DNA of 64,000 nucleotides from Candidatus Babeliales bacterium (GTDB lineage Bacteria; Babelota; Babeliae; Babelales; Vermiphilaceae): NCBI GenBank assembly GCA_963743635.1, contig CAVUQO010000002.1, positions 64,001-128,000 on the forward strand. Direction: 5' to 3'. The translations under genes and the position numbers were made by a program. Numbering within the stretch: position 1 is the stretch's first letter; each line of letters begins with the position of its first letter. A model generated the notes under the pieces. It ran no database searches and was not told the DNA's origin. It was given only the letters and a program-made list of their open reading frames with translations. Shown here piece by piece: positions 1 through 10,907 of this stretch.

Positions 1-1
1 C

Positions 2-175
2 GGTGACTATGAAATGTGGTTGAGAGCTATGCAAGGAGGGTCGCAATTCAGGAGAATTGATGGTATATATGGTTTGTATTATTCCAATCCAGAAGGGCTT
101 TCAACGCGGCCAGGAAGTATTGGGCGCAAAGAACGTACGAGAATAGTGGCGAAATATCAAAGTCTGTTTAAATGA
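2..175 (+). CDS. 3' end of a glycosyltransferase (GT2-like), 5' truncated by window edge
   Basis: Frame 2 reads GDYEMWLRAMQGG...YQSLFK* (TGA 173-175). The D-Y-E-x-W-L-R motif is typical of GT2 C-terminal halves; lies next to the GT cluster. Confidence 0.6.
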   Translation, partial: GDYEMWLRAMQGGSQFRRIDGIYGLYYSNPEGLSTRPGSIGRKERTRIVAKYQSLFK

Positions 176-206
176 GTGGACTTAAAAAATTAATTTAGGA
201 ATTGCG

Positions 207-1121
207 ATGAAAAAAACATTATTTATTTTAAAGATAGCAACATTTATCTCTCTTTTTTCTGCCCCACAAACCTTAGCTCTTCAAGACCATTATTATTGTA
301 CGGGTGTAGATGAAAACTATTTTCCCCGTGTTGTAAACCTCATTGGCAGCATACATGCAATTGATTTTGACAATTTAGTTGAAATCGCAGTATTTGATTT
401 GGGTATGAATAAAAATCAAGTCAAGCAGCTTAACAGGATTCAAAAAGTTAAAGTTTACGAAGTCGATATGGTACATCCAGATCTTTTGAAGCCCTTTCTA
501 ACGAATAAAAGTGGACGAAAAGTAAGGGGATGGTTTGCGTGGAAATCTGTAATTATTAAACAGGCATTAGATATGTTTCCTTATATAGTCTATACGGATG
601 CGGGCACCACAATTCTAGGGCCGACTGACGACTTGTTTAAACATATTCAACAAAATGGCTATTTCCTTATCGATATCGGGCACAATATAGAAGAAAGAAT
701 TACAAGGCCAGTGATTGAGCAGGTGGTTTCTAGATTGTCTCCTGAAGATCAAAAAATGATTATGGATAAAAACACTATGGAAATAGATGCTGGCTTTCAA
801 GGGCTTTCTCGCGCAATGTACCAAGATTACGTGTTGCCTATGTATAATTTAGCGTCCCATTTAGATCTTTTTGCAGATGATGGCTCTGCTCGTTTAGGAT
901 ATGGCACTGGTCGACACGATCAAATCTTATTTAGTATTTTTGCCAATGTACTCAAACTAAAGTTTGAGACTCAAGGTTGGATGAATTTGTCCATAGATGG
1001 GAAAAGTGTTCCAATGCATTTTCATTGGGATTCTAAGGAAATCAATGAAAAGACAACTATATATAGATCGCGCCACAAGATAAAACCTGCGCGTTTTGAA
1101 AAATGCATTCGGTATAGATAG
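207..1121 (+). CDS. Secreted DUF1647-like / GT-A fold putative glycosyltransferase
   Basis: Signal peptide; VFDLG, FAWKSVII, YTDAG and GRHDQ motifs; paralog of 5308..6237. Confidence 0.6.
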   Translation: MKKTLFILKIATFISLFSAPQTLALQDHYYCTGVDENYFPRVVNLIGSIHAIDFDNLVEIAVFDLGMNKNQVKQLNRIQKVKVYEVDMVHPDLLKPFLTNKSGRKVRGWFAWKSVIIKQALDMFPYIVYTDAGTTILGPTDDLFKHIQQNGYFLIDIGHNIEERITRPVIEQVVSRLSPEDQKMIMDKNTMEIDAGFQGLSRAMYQDYVLPMYNLASHLDLFADDGSARLGYGTGRHDQILFSIFANVLKLKFETQGWMNLSIDGKSVPMHFHWDSKEINEKTTIYRSRHKIKPARFEKCIRYR

Positions 1122-1324
1122 AAACTATTAAAAGAATTGATTTTTGAGCTCATTTTTTGATTAATCAATCCTAGTGAACTTTTCTATTTACGGAAGTGGG
1201 GCTCTTATTAATCATAATGTGTCTATTAATAAAAATTATTGATATTTCAAATTGATCTAATTTAACATCTCAGAATGATGGGCCAGTGGGGAAGGGTCCT
1301 TTAACTTAATTAGAAGGAGGGGTT

Positions 1325-2651
1325 ATGAAAAGAACCTTATTTTTATTGCTGTGTGCAATATCATTACCTATTAATGCGCTTAGGCTTAGTAGAGTTATTT
1401 TAGCTACGGATGCTAATTCAGATTATATAGAATTCTGGCCGATTGTTGCGAAAGCATGGAAAGAGATAGTCGGCGTTAAACCCACTTTGGCGCTTATAGC
1501 GCATAAAGATGTCTATATAGATGAATCTACTTGGCGACGTCATTCGTTTTGAGCCAATAGAAGGGATTCCTACTTCCTTGCAAGCGCAAGTAATAAGATT
1601 GTTATTGCCTGCGTATTTTGAAAATGATGTGTGTATCTTATCAGATATTGATATGATTCCGTTAAGTAAAAGCTATTTTGTTGATTCTATTGCTAGCGCT
1701 CCAGAGGATTCATTTGTTATTTATAGGGATGCTGCATACGGAAAGAATGATTACAGATATCCTATGTGTTATATGGCAGGAAAAGGAAAAACCTACAAAG
1801 AAATATTTAAAATAGATAACGTGAGTGACATTCCAAATATTATTGTAAATTGGCATGCATTAAATCTTGGTTGGGATACGGATGAGCGGCTGTTGTATAC
1901 TTATTTAAAAGATTGGGAGTCTGATAAAAACAAGTGCATTTGTTTGGGGCATGGCGTTTCAAAAAGAATTGATAGAAGTTCTTGGAAGCATGATGCGAAG
2001 CTTCTCGTAAGTGGACATTATATAGATGCGCATTGTCCAAGGCCTTATAGTAAGTATAAAACAGATATAGAGGATATTGTAACAAAATTAAAAGCTGCAA
2101 TTACTGTGAAAAAGCTTACATCTAGATCGGAGCTCGGTGTTGGTAGTCATATGGCATCGCTTGTTACAATGGTAATGAATACCGATGGTCCTGTATTAGA
2201 AATGGGATCTGGTGATTTTAGTACGCCTCTTTTGCATGCAGTATGTTCAAGAAGTAAGAGATTTTTACTTACCACAGATACAGATAAAAAGTGGCTTAAT
2301 TATTTTATTGATTTAGAAACAGAGTGGCATGCATTTCAGTATATTCCTGTTTATGAAGATGATTGGTCAAGAAATCCTAAGCCACAACAATGGGATCAAG
2401 TTGGAACGGATAGACATTGGTCTGTTGTTTTTGTTGATCATAGGCCGGGGGAAAGAAGGGTCGTAGATATCAAGCGCCTTCGAAATAATACGGATATTTT
2501 TGTAGTTCATGATACTGAAGAACGCTCATATGGTTATGCGCCAGTGTTAAATACCTTTAAGTATATATATGTGGATACTCGTTACAGCACGCAAACCACT
2601 GTGGTGAGTGATACGATAGATATTAGGCAATTTTTTGAACCAGCACATTAA
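1325..2651 (+). CDS. Secreted GT-like domain (DIDM) fused to a class I SAM methyltransferase-like domain; frameshifted near 1529
   Basis: ORFs 1325..1552 and 1521..2651 join as VYIDES-LGDVIRF if one base near 1529 is removed. LSDIDMIP is a DxD motif; the C-terminal half has VLEMGSG and VFVDH. Confidence 0.6.
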
Positions 2652-2669
2652 GGGATTTTCAAATCGGGA

Positions 2670-3620
2670 TCAGTGAATTTCTGATCCCCAGGTAATGTCC
2701 CAAATATCGAGCTCTTCAAAAAATGTGATTCCATATTGATCAAACCAGGAAAGGACTTGGTGTTCTCTCCATAGTTCAGGTGCCTGATATATAGTTGGAT
2801 CAAAAAAGGTGTAGTTAGCAAACCATTGGTGTGGCGATTGTAGCGTTCTGATGGTTTGCTCTTTTTTGCTTTCTCCATATATAATATTGATTTCTCTGAT
2901 TGATTTTGATGGGTTACGAATATGCTCAAGACAGCGGTACCATGCTTGCTTTATGAGTAAGTTTCTCCAATTCACGAACTGAAAATGTATGATTCCGTGG
3001 GTATAGTCGTTATCATAATTTTTTAACTTAGTTATTTTGCCTGATAAATTATTAGGTATTCGTGACGTATGTATAAAATCCGATGTATAGGAACACCGTT
3101 GGTCGTCGCAGAAAATAAAGCCAGTGTAATTCCACGTAAAAGGTGACTTGTCTACGCGAAATCTATCCACACTTCGCCATAATTGAATCCATAAAAGATT
3201 TAATTTATCGCCAGGGTTAAGCGAAAGAATTATATTGCGTAGAAAATTATCATCGAGACTATTGGAGGTGATCATTTCATCTACATCAAGCACTATAAAG
3301 TGCGTTCCGCCTATTGCGCGTCCTTCATTAAGTAGTCTATTTCGGTCGCCAGGCTCATCTCTATACCATGTTTCCTTTGTTATGATTTTTTCAATTTTAC
3401 ATTCTGCAGCAATTGATTTAACAATTTCTACGCTATTGTCTTCTGAGGCATCATCGAGATAGACGATGGCATCTACAAAAAGGGAAAGAGCCTTGAGATG
3501 CTGGACAAGAAAGTTGGATTCATTTCTTCCAGGAACAAGTCCAACTATTTTTGCACCATAGGAATGGTTTGCAATAGATAGCATAGACAACAAAGTCATA
3601 AATAATCGTATTTTTTTCAT
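2670..3620 (-). CDS. Secreted glycosyltransferase family 2-like protein
   Basis: Signal peptide; RNE, YLDDASED and LDVDE (DxD) motifs. Confidence 0.75.
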   Translation of the reverse strand: MKKIRLFMTLLSMLSIANHSYGAKIVGLVPGRNESNFLVQHLKALSLFVDAIVYLDDASEDNSVEIVKSIAAECKIEKIITKETWYRDEPGDRNRLLNEGRAIGGTHFIVLDVDEMITSNSLDDNFLRNIILSLNPGDKLNLLWIQLWRSVDRFRVDKSPFTWNYTGFIFCDDQRCSYTSDFIHTSRIPNNLSGKITKLKNYDNDYTHGIIHFQFVNWRNLLIKQAWYRCLEHIRNPSKSIREINIIYGESKKEQTIRTLQSPHQWFANYTFFDPTIYQAPELWREHQVLSWFDQYGITFFEELDIWDITWGSEIH

Positions 3621-3814
3621 TCTTGTTGCTCACTATAAAAAAACATTTCATATCACCTATAGCATAAGGGATATTTTTTTATCTATAGATTTCATATGAA
3701 TATAGTTCATATCGTGTCGTTATTTGGTAATGAAAAAAATATATCCTCAGATACCAGGATTTATAGCCACGCGTTTTCCTGGGCACAATTATTGTATAAA
3801 ACGCGACGGTTCAT

Positions 3815-5104
3815 TTATAGGATTTTCCGTCCTACAAAAAGGTAGAAATAATAAGGCTCATCAATGGTTTCTTCTGTATGTAGTAATTTTGATTTTGCTA
3901 TTTGCATCGCCCAATCGGTATCTTCGCTGAAATTTTTCTCAGGAAAGGTAAATTGCGCGGCTATAGCTCTTCTGATGGGATTTAAGTGGTTTGGTGGCCT
4001 GAAATATACATTATTTTCTTCAAAATACTTTGTATACTGGATGGAATGAATGAAAGATTTAGGTTTAGTTCCATCGAATGTGATAATGCCATTCAGGTTC
4101 ACACAGTCAGGATTGTTAACGAGTCTCGTAGCAATTAATTCTATATATTTATCATGAATATCGTCATCGTCATCAATAAAACTTACATATTTGCCCTTGC
4201 TCTGTTCAAGAAGCACATTGCGTTTATGGCCAACAGTATGCTCGCCTCGCTTGTCTTTAAAATAAAGGATTTCAACATAATCTTGCAAGTCTAAATCACA
4301 TATTTGCATGGCAAGTTTTTCATATAATCTAGTAAAGCTCTGTTCTCTTTCATCCATAGTGCAGATCAATATACTCCATAGTTTTGGAGTTGCACGCTCT
4401 ATTTCTGCTTCTGATAAATCAAAAAAGTTTGCCCGGCGCTGCGTAAAAACATTCTTATCTTCATTTGAGGCTTCTTGTATGGGGTGATTATGCTTCATGA
4501 GTTGTTGATCTACCATTTTTTCTTTTTTAAGTATTCTCGAAACGCTCGTTAGTTCATGCTGGCATATCATAGTTTTATATGCTGGATGATATACGTAATT
4601 GAAACGTCTATAATATTTTCCGCCGATGGCGGGAATAGTGTTGTATAGTCTCTCAATAGTGCCATCATTAATATTCAGGACTCCATCAAAATTGGGGAAT
4701 GCTTCTCTCATATTGTTGAAAATAATAGCATCAAAGTTTTTAACCGCTGGTACCATTTCATCAGATGCAATAAGGAGAAGGTCAAATTCAAAATTATTAA
4801 TATTTCTATTACATGCTTCTACTGTTGATTTATTGCTATTAAAGCTGAATGCCAAGTTGGGATATTTTTTGAGTTTTTTCATGACACTTCTACTATGCAT
4901 AGGTTTATTATTTTCATCACAGGTGATTAAAAATGCAAAAGCAATGGTGTGGGATAGATTTTTGTAATAAGTATCGAGTATTTTGAAAAATTCGTTTGGC
5001 TGCGAGTTGGTATGCATTTTAATTAAAAGATTTGTTTTTATAGCACTGAGATTGAATGCGTTCAAGAGGCCTAGATATAAGAAGATTTTTTTTATATGGT
5101 ACAT
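3815..5104 (-). CDS. Secreted two-domain glycosyltransferase (GT-A-like + GT2)
   Basis: Likely start MYHIKK at 5104, by alignment with paralog 10908..12251. ASDEM in domain 1; WSILICT...GHKRN...FIDDDD...EDTDW in domain 2. Confidence 0.75.
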   Translation of the reverse strand: MYHIKKIFLYLGLLNAFNLSAIKTNLLIKMHTNSQPNEFFKILDTYYKNLSHTIAFAFLITCDENNKPMHSRSVMKKLKKYPNLAFSFNSNKSTVEACNRNINNFEFDLLLIASDEMVPAVKNFDAIIFNNMREAFPNFDGVLNINDGTIERLYNTIPAIGGKYYRRFNYVYHPAYKTMICQHELTSVSRILKKEKMVDQQLMKHNHPIQEASNEDKNVFTQRRANFFDLSEAEIERATPKLWSILICTMDEREQSFTRLYEKLAMQICDLDLQDYVEILYFKDKRGEHTVGHKRNVLLEQSKGKYVSFIDDDDDIHDKYIELIATRLVNNPDCVNLNGIITFDGTKPKSFIHSIQYTKYFEENNVYFRPPNHLNPIRRAIAAQFTFPEKNFSEDTDWAMQIAKSKLLHTEETIDEPYYFYLFVGRKIL

Positions 5105-5307
5105 GTGAAGGCCTCGCTTTTGATTGAACCTAATTTTTTCAATGAAACTATAATGTAATGACAATATTGTCTAGTAAAGAACTGAATCGGATATGACTTA
5201 ATGCGCTATGTTCTTTCGAAAGGTTTGGGTATTGCAAGGGTGGTCTATATATATTATCTTGTGAAGCAAGTAGTAGATTAATGACTATATTTTATTAAGG
5301 ATTGTGT

Positions 5308-6237
5308 ATGAAAAAAGGATTAATTTTTAGAATTGCAGTTTGGGTATGCCTTTCTATAGGCGCAAAAGCATTTGCTCAACAAGATGGTTACCAGGGTAAT
5401 TATTATTGCACATGCGCAGATGAACGATTTTTCTCACGCCTTGTTAATTTAATTGGTAGTATACATGCGGTTGATTTTGATGATTTAGTTGAAATTGCAG
5501 TGTTTGATCTTGGATTGACTCAAGATCAAGTAAAGCGATTGAAAAGTATGCAAAAAGTTAATGTATATGAGATTGAGAAAGTGCATCCGGATATTTTAAA
5601 GCACTTTAAGACCAGTAATCAAGGAAGGAAGGTTCGAGGTTGGTTTGCGTGGAAGCCGGTTGCCATGAAGCAAGCATTGGATATGTTTCCTTACATATTA
5701 TATCTTGATGCGGGGTTAACAGTGCTAAAACCAACGAGGAACTTGTTTAAACATATTCAGCAAAATGGATATTTTCTTGTAAACAATACGTGCAATATAG
5801 AAGAAAGAATTACACAGCCAGTTATGAAAGCTATTATTTCTTCTTTGCCCATTGAACAGCAAGAAATGATATTAGATAAAAACACTCTAGAATTCGATGC
5901 GGGATTCCAGGGACTTTCTAGAGCAATGTATCAAAATTATATACTGCCTATGTATCGTTTAGCCTCTCGGTTGGAGCTTTTTGCAGACGATGGCTCTGCA
6001 AAATTGGGTTTTGGTGCTGGGCGACATGATCAAGTTTTATTTAGCATTCATGCGTATCTATTAAATCCGAAGCCTAAATTTAACTCGTATGGATGGTCCA
6101 ATCTCAACATAGATGGTCAGTCTCACCCGATTAATGTTCAGTGGGAAGTAAGTAAGGTTACTGATGACACAGTTGTGCTTGTGTCTTGCGATCAGAAAAA
6201 AATGAGTTATTTCGAGCAACGTGTTCGGTATCGATAG
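5308..6237 (+). CDS. Secreted DUF1647-like putative glycosyltransferase (paralog of 207..1121)
   Basis: Shares NLIGSIHA, VRGWFAWK, GFQGLSR and GRHDQ blocks with 207..1121; signal peptide ending AFA. Confidence 0.6.
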   Translation: MKKGLIFRIAVWVCLSIGAKAFAQQDGYQGNYYCTCADERFFSRLVNLIGSIHAVDFDDLVEIAVFDLGLTQDQVKRLKSMQKVNVYEIEKVHPDILKHFKTSNQGRKVRGWFAWKPVAMKQALDMFPYILYLDAGLTVLKPTRNLFKHIQQNGYFLVNNTCNIEERITQPVMKAIISSLPIEQQEMILDKNTLEFDAGFQGLSRAMYQNYILPMYRLASRLELFADDGSAKLGFGAGRHDQVLFSIHAYLLNPKPKFNSYGWSNLNIDGQSHPINVQWEVSKVTDDTVVLVSCDQKKMSYFEQRVRYR

Positions 6238-6258
6238 CAAATTTCTCCACAGTTGTGG

Positions 6259-7224
6259 TTATTTTTTTCTTATCTTGTTTTGTACTGCTCTTATCTGATT
6301 AATCCAGTAATCGGCATGCAATTTATTTAAATTATAAGTCTTCTTTTGCAATTTTCGATACTTCTTTTCAAGAAATTCTTGGGTTACTTGATCCCAATTA
6401 TTAATTAGAAGCACTGGTAATCCCTCAAAAAGAGGATCGAGTGCAGAATGTTTTACAATCGGAATGCAACCAAGAAGCATAGCTTCCCAGGTGCGATAAC
6501 AATCAAGGCCATTACCTTCTGGACTTACAACGTACATAAAGCGCGTCAGATCTTGAATGTAGCTTGCATAGGGTAACCGTGGCGCGTACGTACAAAATGG
6601 TGCATTAATGAACGCCTCATATGCCTTTTTGCGCTCGAGGACATTCGTGTTAATCGTGAAATTCATGTAAAGCAGGTGTTCGCATGAACGCGCTTTTGAA
6701 CGCGGACTCTCGTTGATGGCAGCTTCAAGAATAGCAGTATCACCATATTCAAAGCTTTTATTGGCTATGCCAATTGGAATGGGTATGAATTTCGGGTGAT
6801 TGGTGATGCTCGGATTTTGACCGAACCAGGCAATAATACGCGTATCATCGAGATGTTTAAGATATGGGCCTGGCGCTGGATCATCACTATTATGGGTGAT
6901 TAAAATGTAGGGCGTTGTGATGGTAGGATGTATGTCAGTAAAAAAATGTTTGAGGTAATCCGTTTGTACAAAAATAATATCGCCGAGTTGTAAGGCGGTT
7001 GTATCAAAAGAATCATCATCATCTTCAATAATAAACGTGGCGTATGAGCGAAATGTATCGCCTGAAATATAGGGATAGCTGGAGATATGGGGTTTATCTT
7101 TGGGTGCATTGCAGAAGCGATAGTGAGAATCTGAGCTCTGTGCAGCAGCGCGGGTGGATACCGCATCGCTGATGATCACTATGGTAATGCATATGAGGAT
7201 GTATGTATAATATCCGCATTCCAT
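6259..7224 (-). CDS. Exostosin (GT47)-like glycosyltransferase
   Basis: SPEGNGLDCYRTWEAMLLGCIPIV is the exostosin-family signature; N-terminal hydrophobic anchor. Confidence 0.75.
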   Translation of the reverse strand: MECGYYTYILICITIVIISDAVSTRAAAQSSDSHYRFCNAPKDKPHISSYPYISGDTFRSYATFIIEDDDDSFDTTALQLGDIIFVQTDYLKHFFTDIHPTITTPYILITHNSDDPAPGPYLKHLDDTRIIAWFGQNPSITNHPKFIPIPIGIANKSFEYGDTAILEAAINESPRSKARSCEHLLYMNFTINTNVLERKKAYEAFINAPFCTYAPRLPYASYIQDLTRFMYVVSPEGNGLDCYRTWEAMLLGCIPIVKHSALDPLFEGLPVLLINNWDQVTQEFLEKKYRKLQKKTYNLNKLHADYWINQIRAVQNKIRKK

Positions 7225-7246
7225 CTAGTCTCCTCATCTATTATGT

Positions 7247-7906
7247 TTATTTTTTTACAAACAACACATTACCATAAATCCAGGACGTAGTATCAAGAAA
7301 GTCTTGCGCAATGGCTTTAAAGCCTTGCATTTCGAGCCAACTACGAATCTCTTCGTATTGCGCTTGGCCTTCATAGGCTTCAATAAATTCAACTTCTACA
7401 AATAATGCGCGAACTGTTTTAAGGATGTTTATGCCACCTTTTAATACCGGTAGTGCGAGGCCTTGCAGATCAAGCCACATGAAATCGATATGATCGATGT
7501 TCTGTTGCGTGGCCCAACTATCAAGCGTGATGGTTGGCACCGTGATGGTGCGAGGATAGGTGATAGGGGAATGTTTGAGCCGTTCTTTTGGCTTTAGCAG
7601 TGTGCCCGCTTGAAATGGTTCGCCAGGTCTGCTGGGCTTTTCTGAAATGTAGAGTATTGCCGATCCATTTTGATCGCTGAGCGCGATCTGATGACGCATG
7701 ATGTTCGAGCAGTGCTTGGTTTTTGCTTCGAGGATCGCGAAAATGTCCGCCACTGGCTCAAATGCGTGAATGGTGCCTTGTGGCCACTGAGCGCTCATTT
7801 TCTGCGTGTCAGTACCATCGAAAGCACCGGCTTCCACGATAATTGGATTATCGGGAAGATAGTTGGCAACGTACGAAAGAATCTGATTTTTTTTAATGAT
7901 ATCCAT
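7247..7906 (-). CDS. FkbM family methyltransferase
   Basis: EAGAFDG, HAFEP, TLDSW and DFMWLDLQG motifs. Confidence 0.85.
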   Translation of the reverse strand: MDIIKKNQILSYVANYLPDNPIIVEAGAFDGTDTQKMSAQWPQGTIHAFEPVADIFAILEAKTKHCSNIMRHQIALSDQNGSAILYISEKPSRPGEPFQAGTLLKPKERLKHSPITYPRTITVPTITLDSWATQQNIDHIDFMWLDLQGLALPVLKGGINILKTVRALFVEVEFIEAYEGQAQYEEIRSWLEMQGFKAIAQDFLDTTSWIYGNVLFVKK

Positions 7907-7953
7907 ACAACGAGTATAGCAGATTTATCAAAAGATGCAGAAATGTGTGGGTC

Positions 7954-8688
7954 TTATTTATTTCGTTCAGAGTCACCTGGTTTTGAGACGTAATAATAAA
8001 AATAATAAGGTTCATCAATCGTTTCTTCGGTGCGCAATAACCCTGATCGAGCTATTTGCATAGCCCAATCGGTATCTTCCCCGCGAAATTTTTCAGGGAA
8101 TTTAAATTGTGCGGCTATGGATTTTCTTATTGGATTTAGGTGATTGGGAGGTCTGAAATATGTATTATTTTTTTCAAAATAGCTCTTATATTCAATAGAA
8201 TGAATGAATTTTTTAGCTCTTTTGCCATTGAATGTGATGATACCAATGAGGCTTACGCAATCAGGATTGTTGACTAATTTTTTTGAGATCAGCTCTATAT
8301 AATGATCATGAATATCGTCATCATCATCGATGAAACTGATATATTTACCTTTACTTTGCTCCACAAGGACATTGCGTTTATGGCCAACAGTATGCTCTTT
8401 CCGTTTATCTTTATAATAAAGGACTTCGATATGGTCTTGAAGATTTAGATCGTGTATCTGTTTGGTGAGTTTTTCATATAATGCGTTAAAGGAAGTCTCT
8501 CTTCCTTCAATGGTGCAGATTAAGATGCTCCACAATTTTTGAGGCATCTCTTCTATTTGGGTATTATGCCGGTTGTGAGGATCTTTGGGAATGTCTTGAT
8601 TGGCGAGCATAAAAAAAGGTTGTATGCAGAAGCAATAAATGCTCAATATCAGCATTCGTTCTACATAATTATTTTTAATCATGAGCAC
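7954..8688 (-). CDS. Secreted GT2 glycosyltransferase, single-domain relative of the two-domain GTs
   Basis: WSILICT, FIDDDD and EDTDW motifs; 3' end nearly identical to 10908..12251. Confidence 0.75.
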   Translation of the reverse strand: MLMIKNNYVERMLILSIYCFCIQPFFMLANQDIPKDPHNRHNTQIEEMPQKLWSILICTIEGRETSFNALYEKLTKQIHDLNLQDHIEVLYYKDKRKEHTVGHKRNVLVEQSKGKYISFIDDDDDIHDHYIELISKKLVNNPDCVSLIGIITFNGKRAKKFIHSIEYKSYFEKNNTYFRPPNHLNPIRKSIAAQFKFPEKFRGEDTDWAMQIARSGLLRTEETIDEPYYFYYYVSKPGDSERNK

Positions 8689-8760
8689 TCCTTTATATTA
8701 CTCATAGATAGATATGGGTATATCTTGCCGTGAAAATTTAAATATTGCAAAGCAACTTGC

Positions 8761-9861
8761 CTATCTTAACAATGCCGGTTCTTTATAACCAATTTCTAGC
8801 AAATCTTGAAGCCATGCCCTTATTAAAGCGCTGTCTTTTTCTAAGTAAAATTTATGAGCGACCATAGCGTCTGTTAGTTCAATAACGCGATCAAAAAAGT
8901 TAGTTTGTTTGGACTTCCAATGTTTTAGTAGATTTACTAAGTTGCCCGCGTGAACATACAGATCTATTTCATCAATAAAATCATGCATCAAATTATGCTC
9001 ATTGCGTTCTTGTATAACTGCTGGAGGCATAAAGCAGAGATTGCCGCCTATATCCCATAGTAGCCGTTGCGCCCAATAGCCGCGCCAGATATCGCATACG
9101 CGAAATTTAGGTGTTACGGGAATGAGTAGTCCCCAAAATGCCTGTGAGTGAAAGATGGTAATTTGTGTATTGAAGGGACATAACGTTCCTTCAGGTAGGG
9201 AAATTGGTTGTGCGTGTTGATTGAACACAATAGATCCGATTCCTTGCGTCAAACGAAAAATAGCATCTACGTCAGGATCGAGATCGGCGAGTCCTTGCTG
9301 AATGTAGGGATGTGTTTCATGTTTTAAAATGGGTTTTCTTGATAAAACTTTGTCTAGTGGATAACCACGAGGCCATATTGATGGCTGACCAAAATGAGCA
9401 TAGGCATTCACGACAGGTTCTTTTGTTTCATAGAGTAGGGTTTCTGCCGTTGAGGGAAGATATTCTATGGTATTATGGATTAAAATATTGTCGTCATCCG
9501 TGTCATAAATAATGGTCGCGCCATTTTTTATTGCATATAAATAGCCAATATTTTTTCTGCTGTAATGATTCCAAGGCAACAATTTGGTGATATGAAAACC
9601 GAGCTGCTCTTGTTTTTCAGGGCTTAGATAGTCGCAATTTTCTAAATGCCAATCGATTGGAGTTTTTTTGTCGCCTACAACTACGACACGCCAATCTTTG
9701 AGCGCGGCCAATTTTTCAAGAGCCTTGGTTGGATGGTTGATGGTAGTAACTACAACCCAACGAGAAGCAGGTTTAATGGCATCGCACAATAAAGGTTGAT
9801 GGCAAAAACATACAAAAATGCCGCCGATGATACTTGCTACCAGGTTCAATATTCGTTTCAT
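8761..9861 (-). CDS. STELLO/DUF288-like glycosyltransferase, N-terminal domain
   Basis: WVVVTTIN, VVGDKKTP, YSRKNIGYLYAI, DTDDDN, WPRGYP, DPDVDAIFRLT and DIWRGYWAQ motifs. Confidence 0.85.
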   Translation of the reverse strand: MKRILNLVASIIGGIFVCFCHQPLLCDAIKPASRWVVVTTINHPTKALEKLAALKDWRVVVVGDKKTPIDWHLENCDYLSPEKQEQLGFHITKLLPWNHYSRKNIGYLYAIKNGATIIYDTDDDNILIHNTIEYLPSTAETLLYETKEPVVNAYAHFGQPSIWPRGYPLDKVLSRKPILKHETHPYIQQGLADLDPDVDAIFRLTQGIGSIVFNQHAQPISLPEGTLCPFNTQITIFHSQAFWGLLIPVTPKFRVCDIWRGYWAQRLLWDIGGNLCFMPPAVIQERNEHNLMHDFIDEIDLYVHAGNLVNLLKHWKSKQTNFFDRVIELTDAMVAHKFYLEKDSALIRAWLQDLLEIGYKEPALLR

Positions 9862-9872
9862 ATATTTCCTTT

Positions 9873-10742
9873 TTAAGATAATATTTGATTAAAAATTTGA
9901 GTTATCATATCTCTATTTTCTTTTTTGGAAAATTTTATAGGGTGGACCCAGCTGGCATGCCTAGGATAATTTTTTATTGTAAAGTTATGACCCCAACGCC
10001 AATCCATGCGCAATTGCTCCCAATTTTCTATAAGATCTAAAGAACAAAGCATAGTAGGAATGGCGATTTCACAAAAAACTTTTTTTAATAGTTCGCTTAA
10101 TCTTAAGGTAGCATCTCTGAACCTGCCAGGAATATAAAAGAGATCGCACCATATGCCGGGAATATTATCTTCACCAACATTTTTTTGTAAAAAATAGAGC
10201 TCTTGGGTATTAAATTTGGCATGTGCATTCCAGACAGCTTCAAAATAAATTGGCCACCATATCCAAGTTTGATCGCCCGTGCATGTGCCATTTGCATTTC
10301 GGATAGAAAAAAATAGGTTGCGTTGGTTATTGGCTCTGACTGCAAGCCAAATCTTATCAAGGTCATAAGAGAGATAATTCCAAAAATTTAAGATGCAATC
10401 ATCTTGTAAAATGAGATAACCATCATAATTAGGGAACTCAGTGAGAGCGTGTTCTAGCACTTCATGCAGGAAGTATCCAAGGCCAGTATTAACTTTATGT
10501 ACTTGAGGATGCGCCCTTTCTCCATAAAAAACGATATTTTTAAAAATAGGGGAATATAGATTCTTTATGAATTCTATATTGTCATAATATGGATGATTGA
10601 AATTGATTACTAATAAGACATTACGGAATTTTTCTTGATAAATTCTTAGAGGTTCATTGTGAGCAGTAAGATTGCGTGATGATGTAAATAAGCAGAATAT
10701 ACTTAATAAGGCTATGAAATTAACATAGTTTGTTTTGATCAT
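9873..10742 (-). CDS. STELLO/DUF288-like protein, C-terminal domain as a stand-alone gene
   Basis: VLLVINFN, GYLILQDDCILNFWN, DLFYIP, EIAIPT and VHPIK motifs resemble the C-terminal half of STELLO; has its own signal peptide. Confidence 0.65.
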   Translation of the reverse strand: MIKTNYVNFIALLSIFCLFTSSRNLTAHNEPLRIYQEKFRNVLLVINFNHPYYDNIEFIKNLYSPIFKNIVFYGERAHPQVHKVNTGLGYFLHEVLEHALTEFPNYDGYLILQDDCILNFWNYLSYDLDKIWLAVRANNQRNLFFSIRNANGTCTGDQTWIWWPIYFEAVWNAHAKFNTQELYFLQKNVGEDNIPGIWCDLFYIPGRFRDATLRLSELLKKVFCEIAIPTMLCSLDLIENWEQLRMDWRWGHNFTIKNYPRHASWVHPIKFSKKENRDMITQIFNQILS

Positions 10743-10907
10743 TCTTGCTCCTTGTTACTCATTTTTTCATATTTACCAGTTAATGAACTGGTGCCGCCAA
10801 AAAGTGTTGTTATAGCCTCTTTAGTGTGGTCTCATCTAGGTTGACCTCCAGGTGCAATGATTCAGTTGAGCGATGCAACATAAGAATCTGATAGGAATGT
10901 ATGGCCC

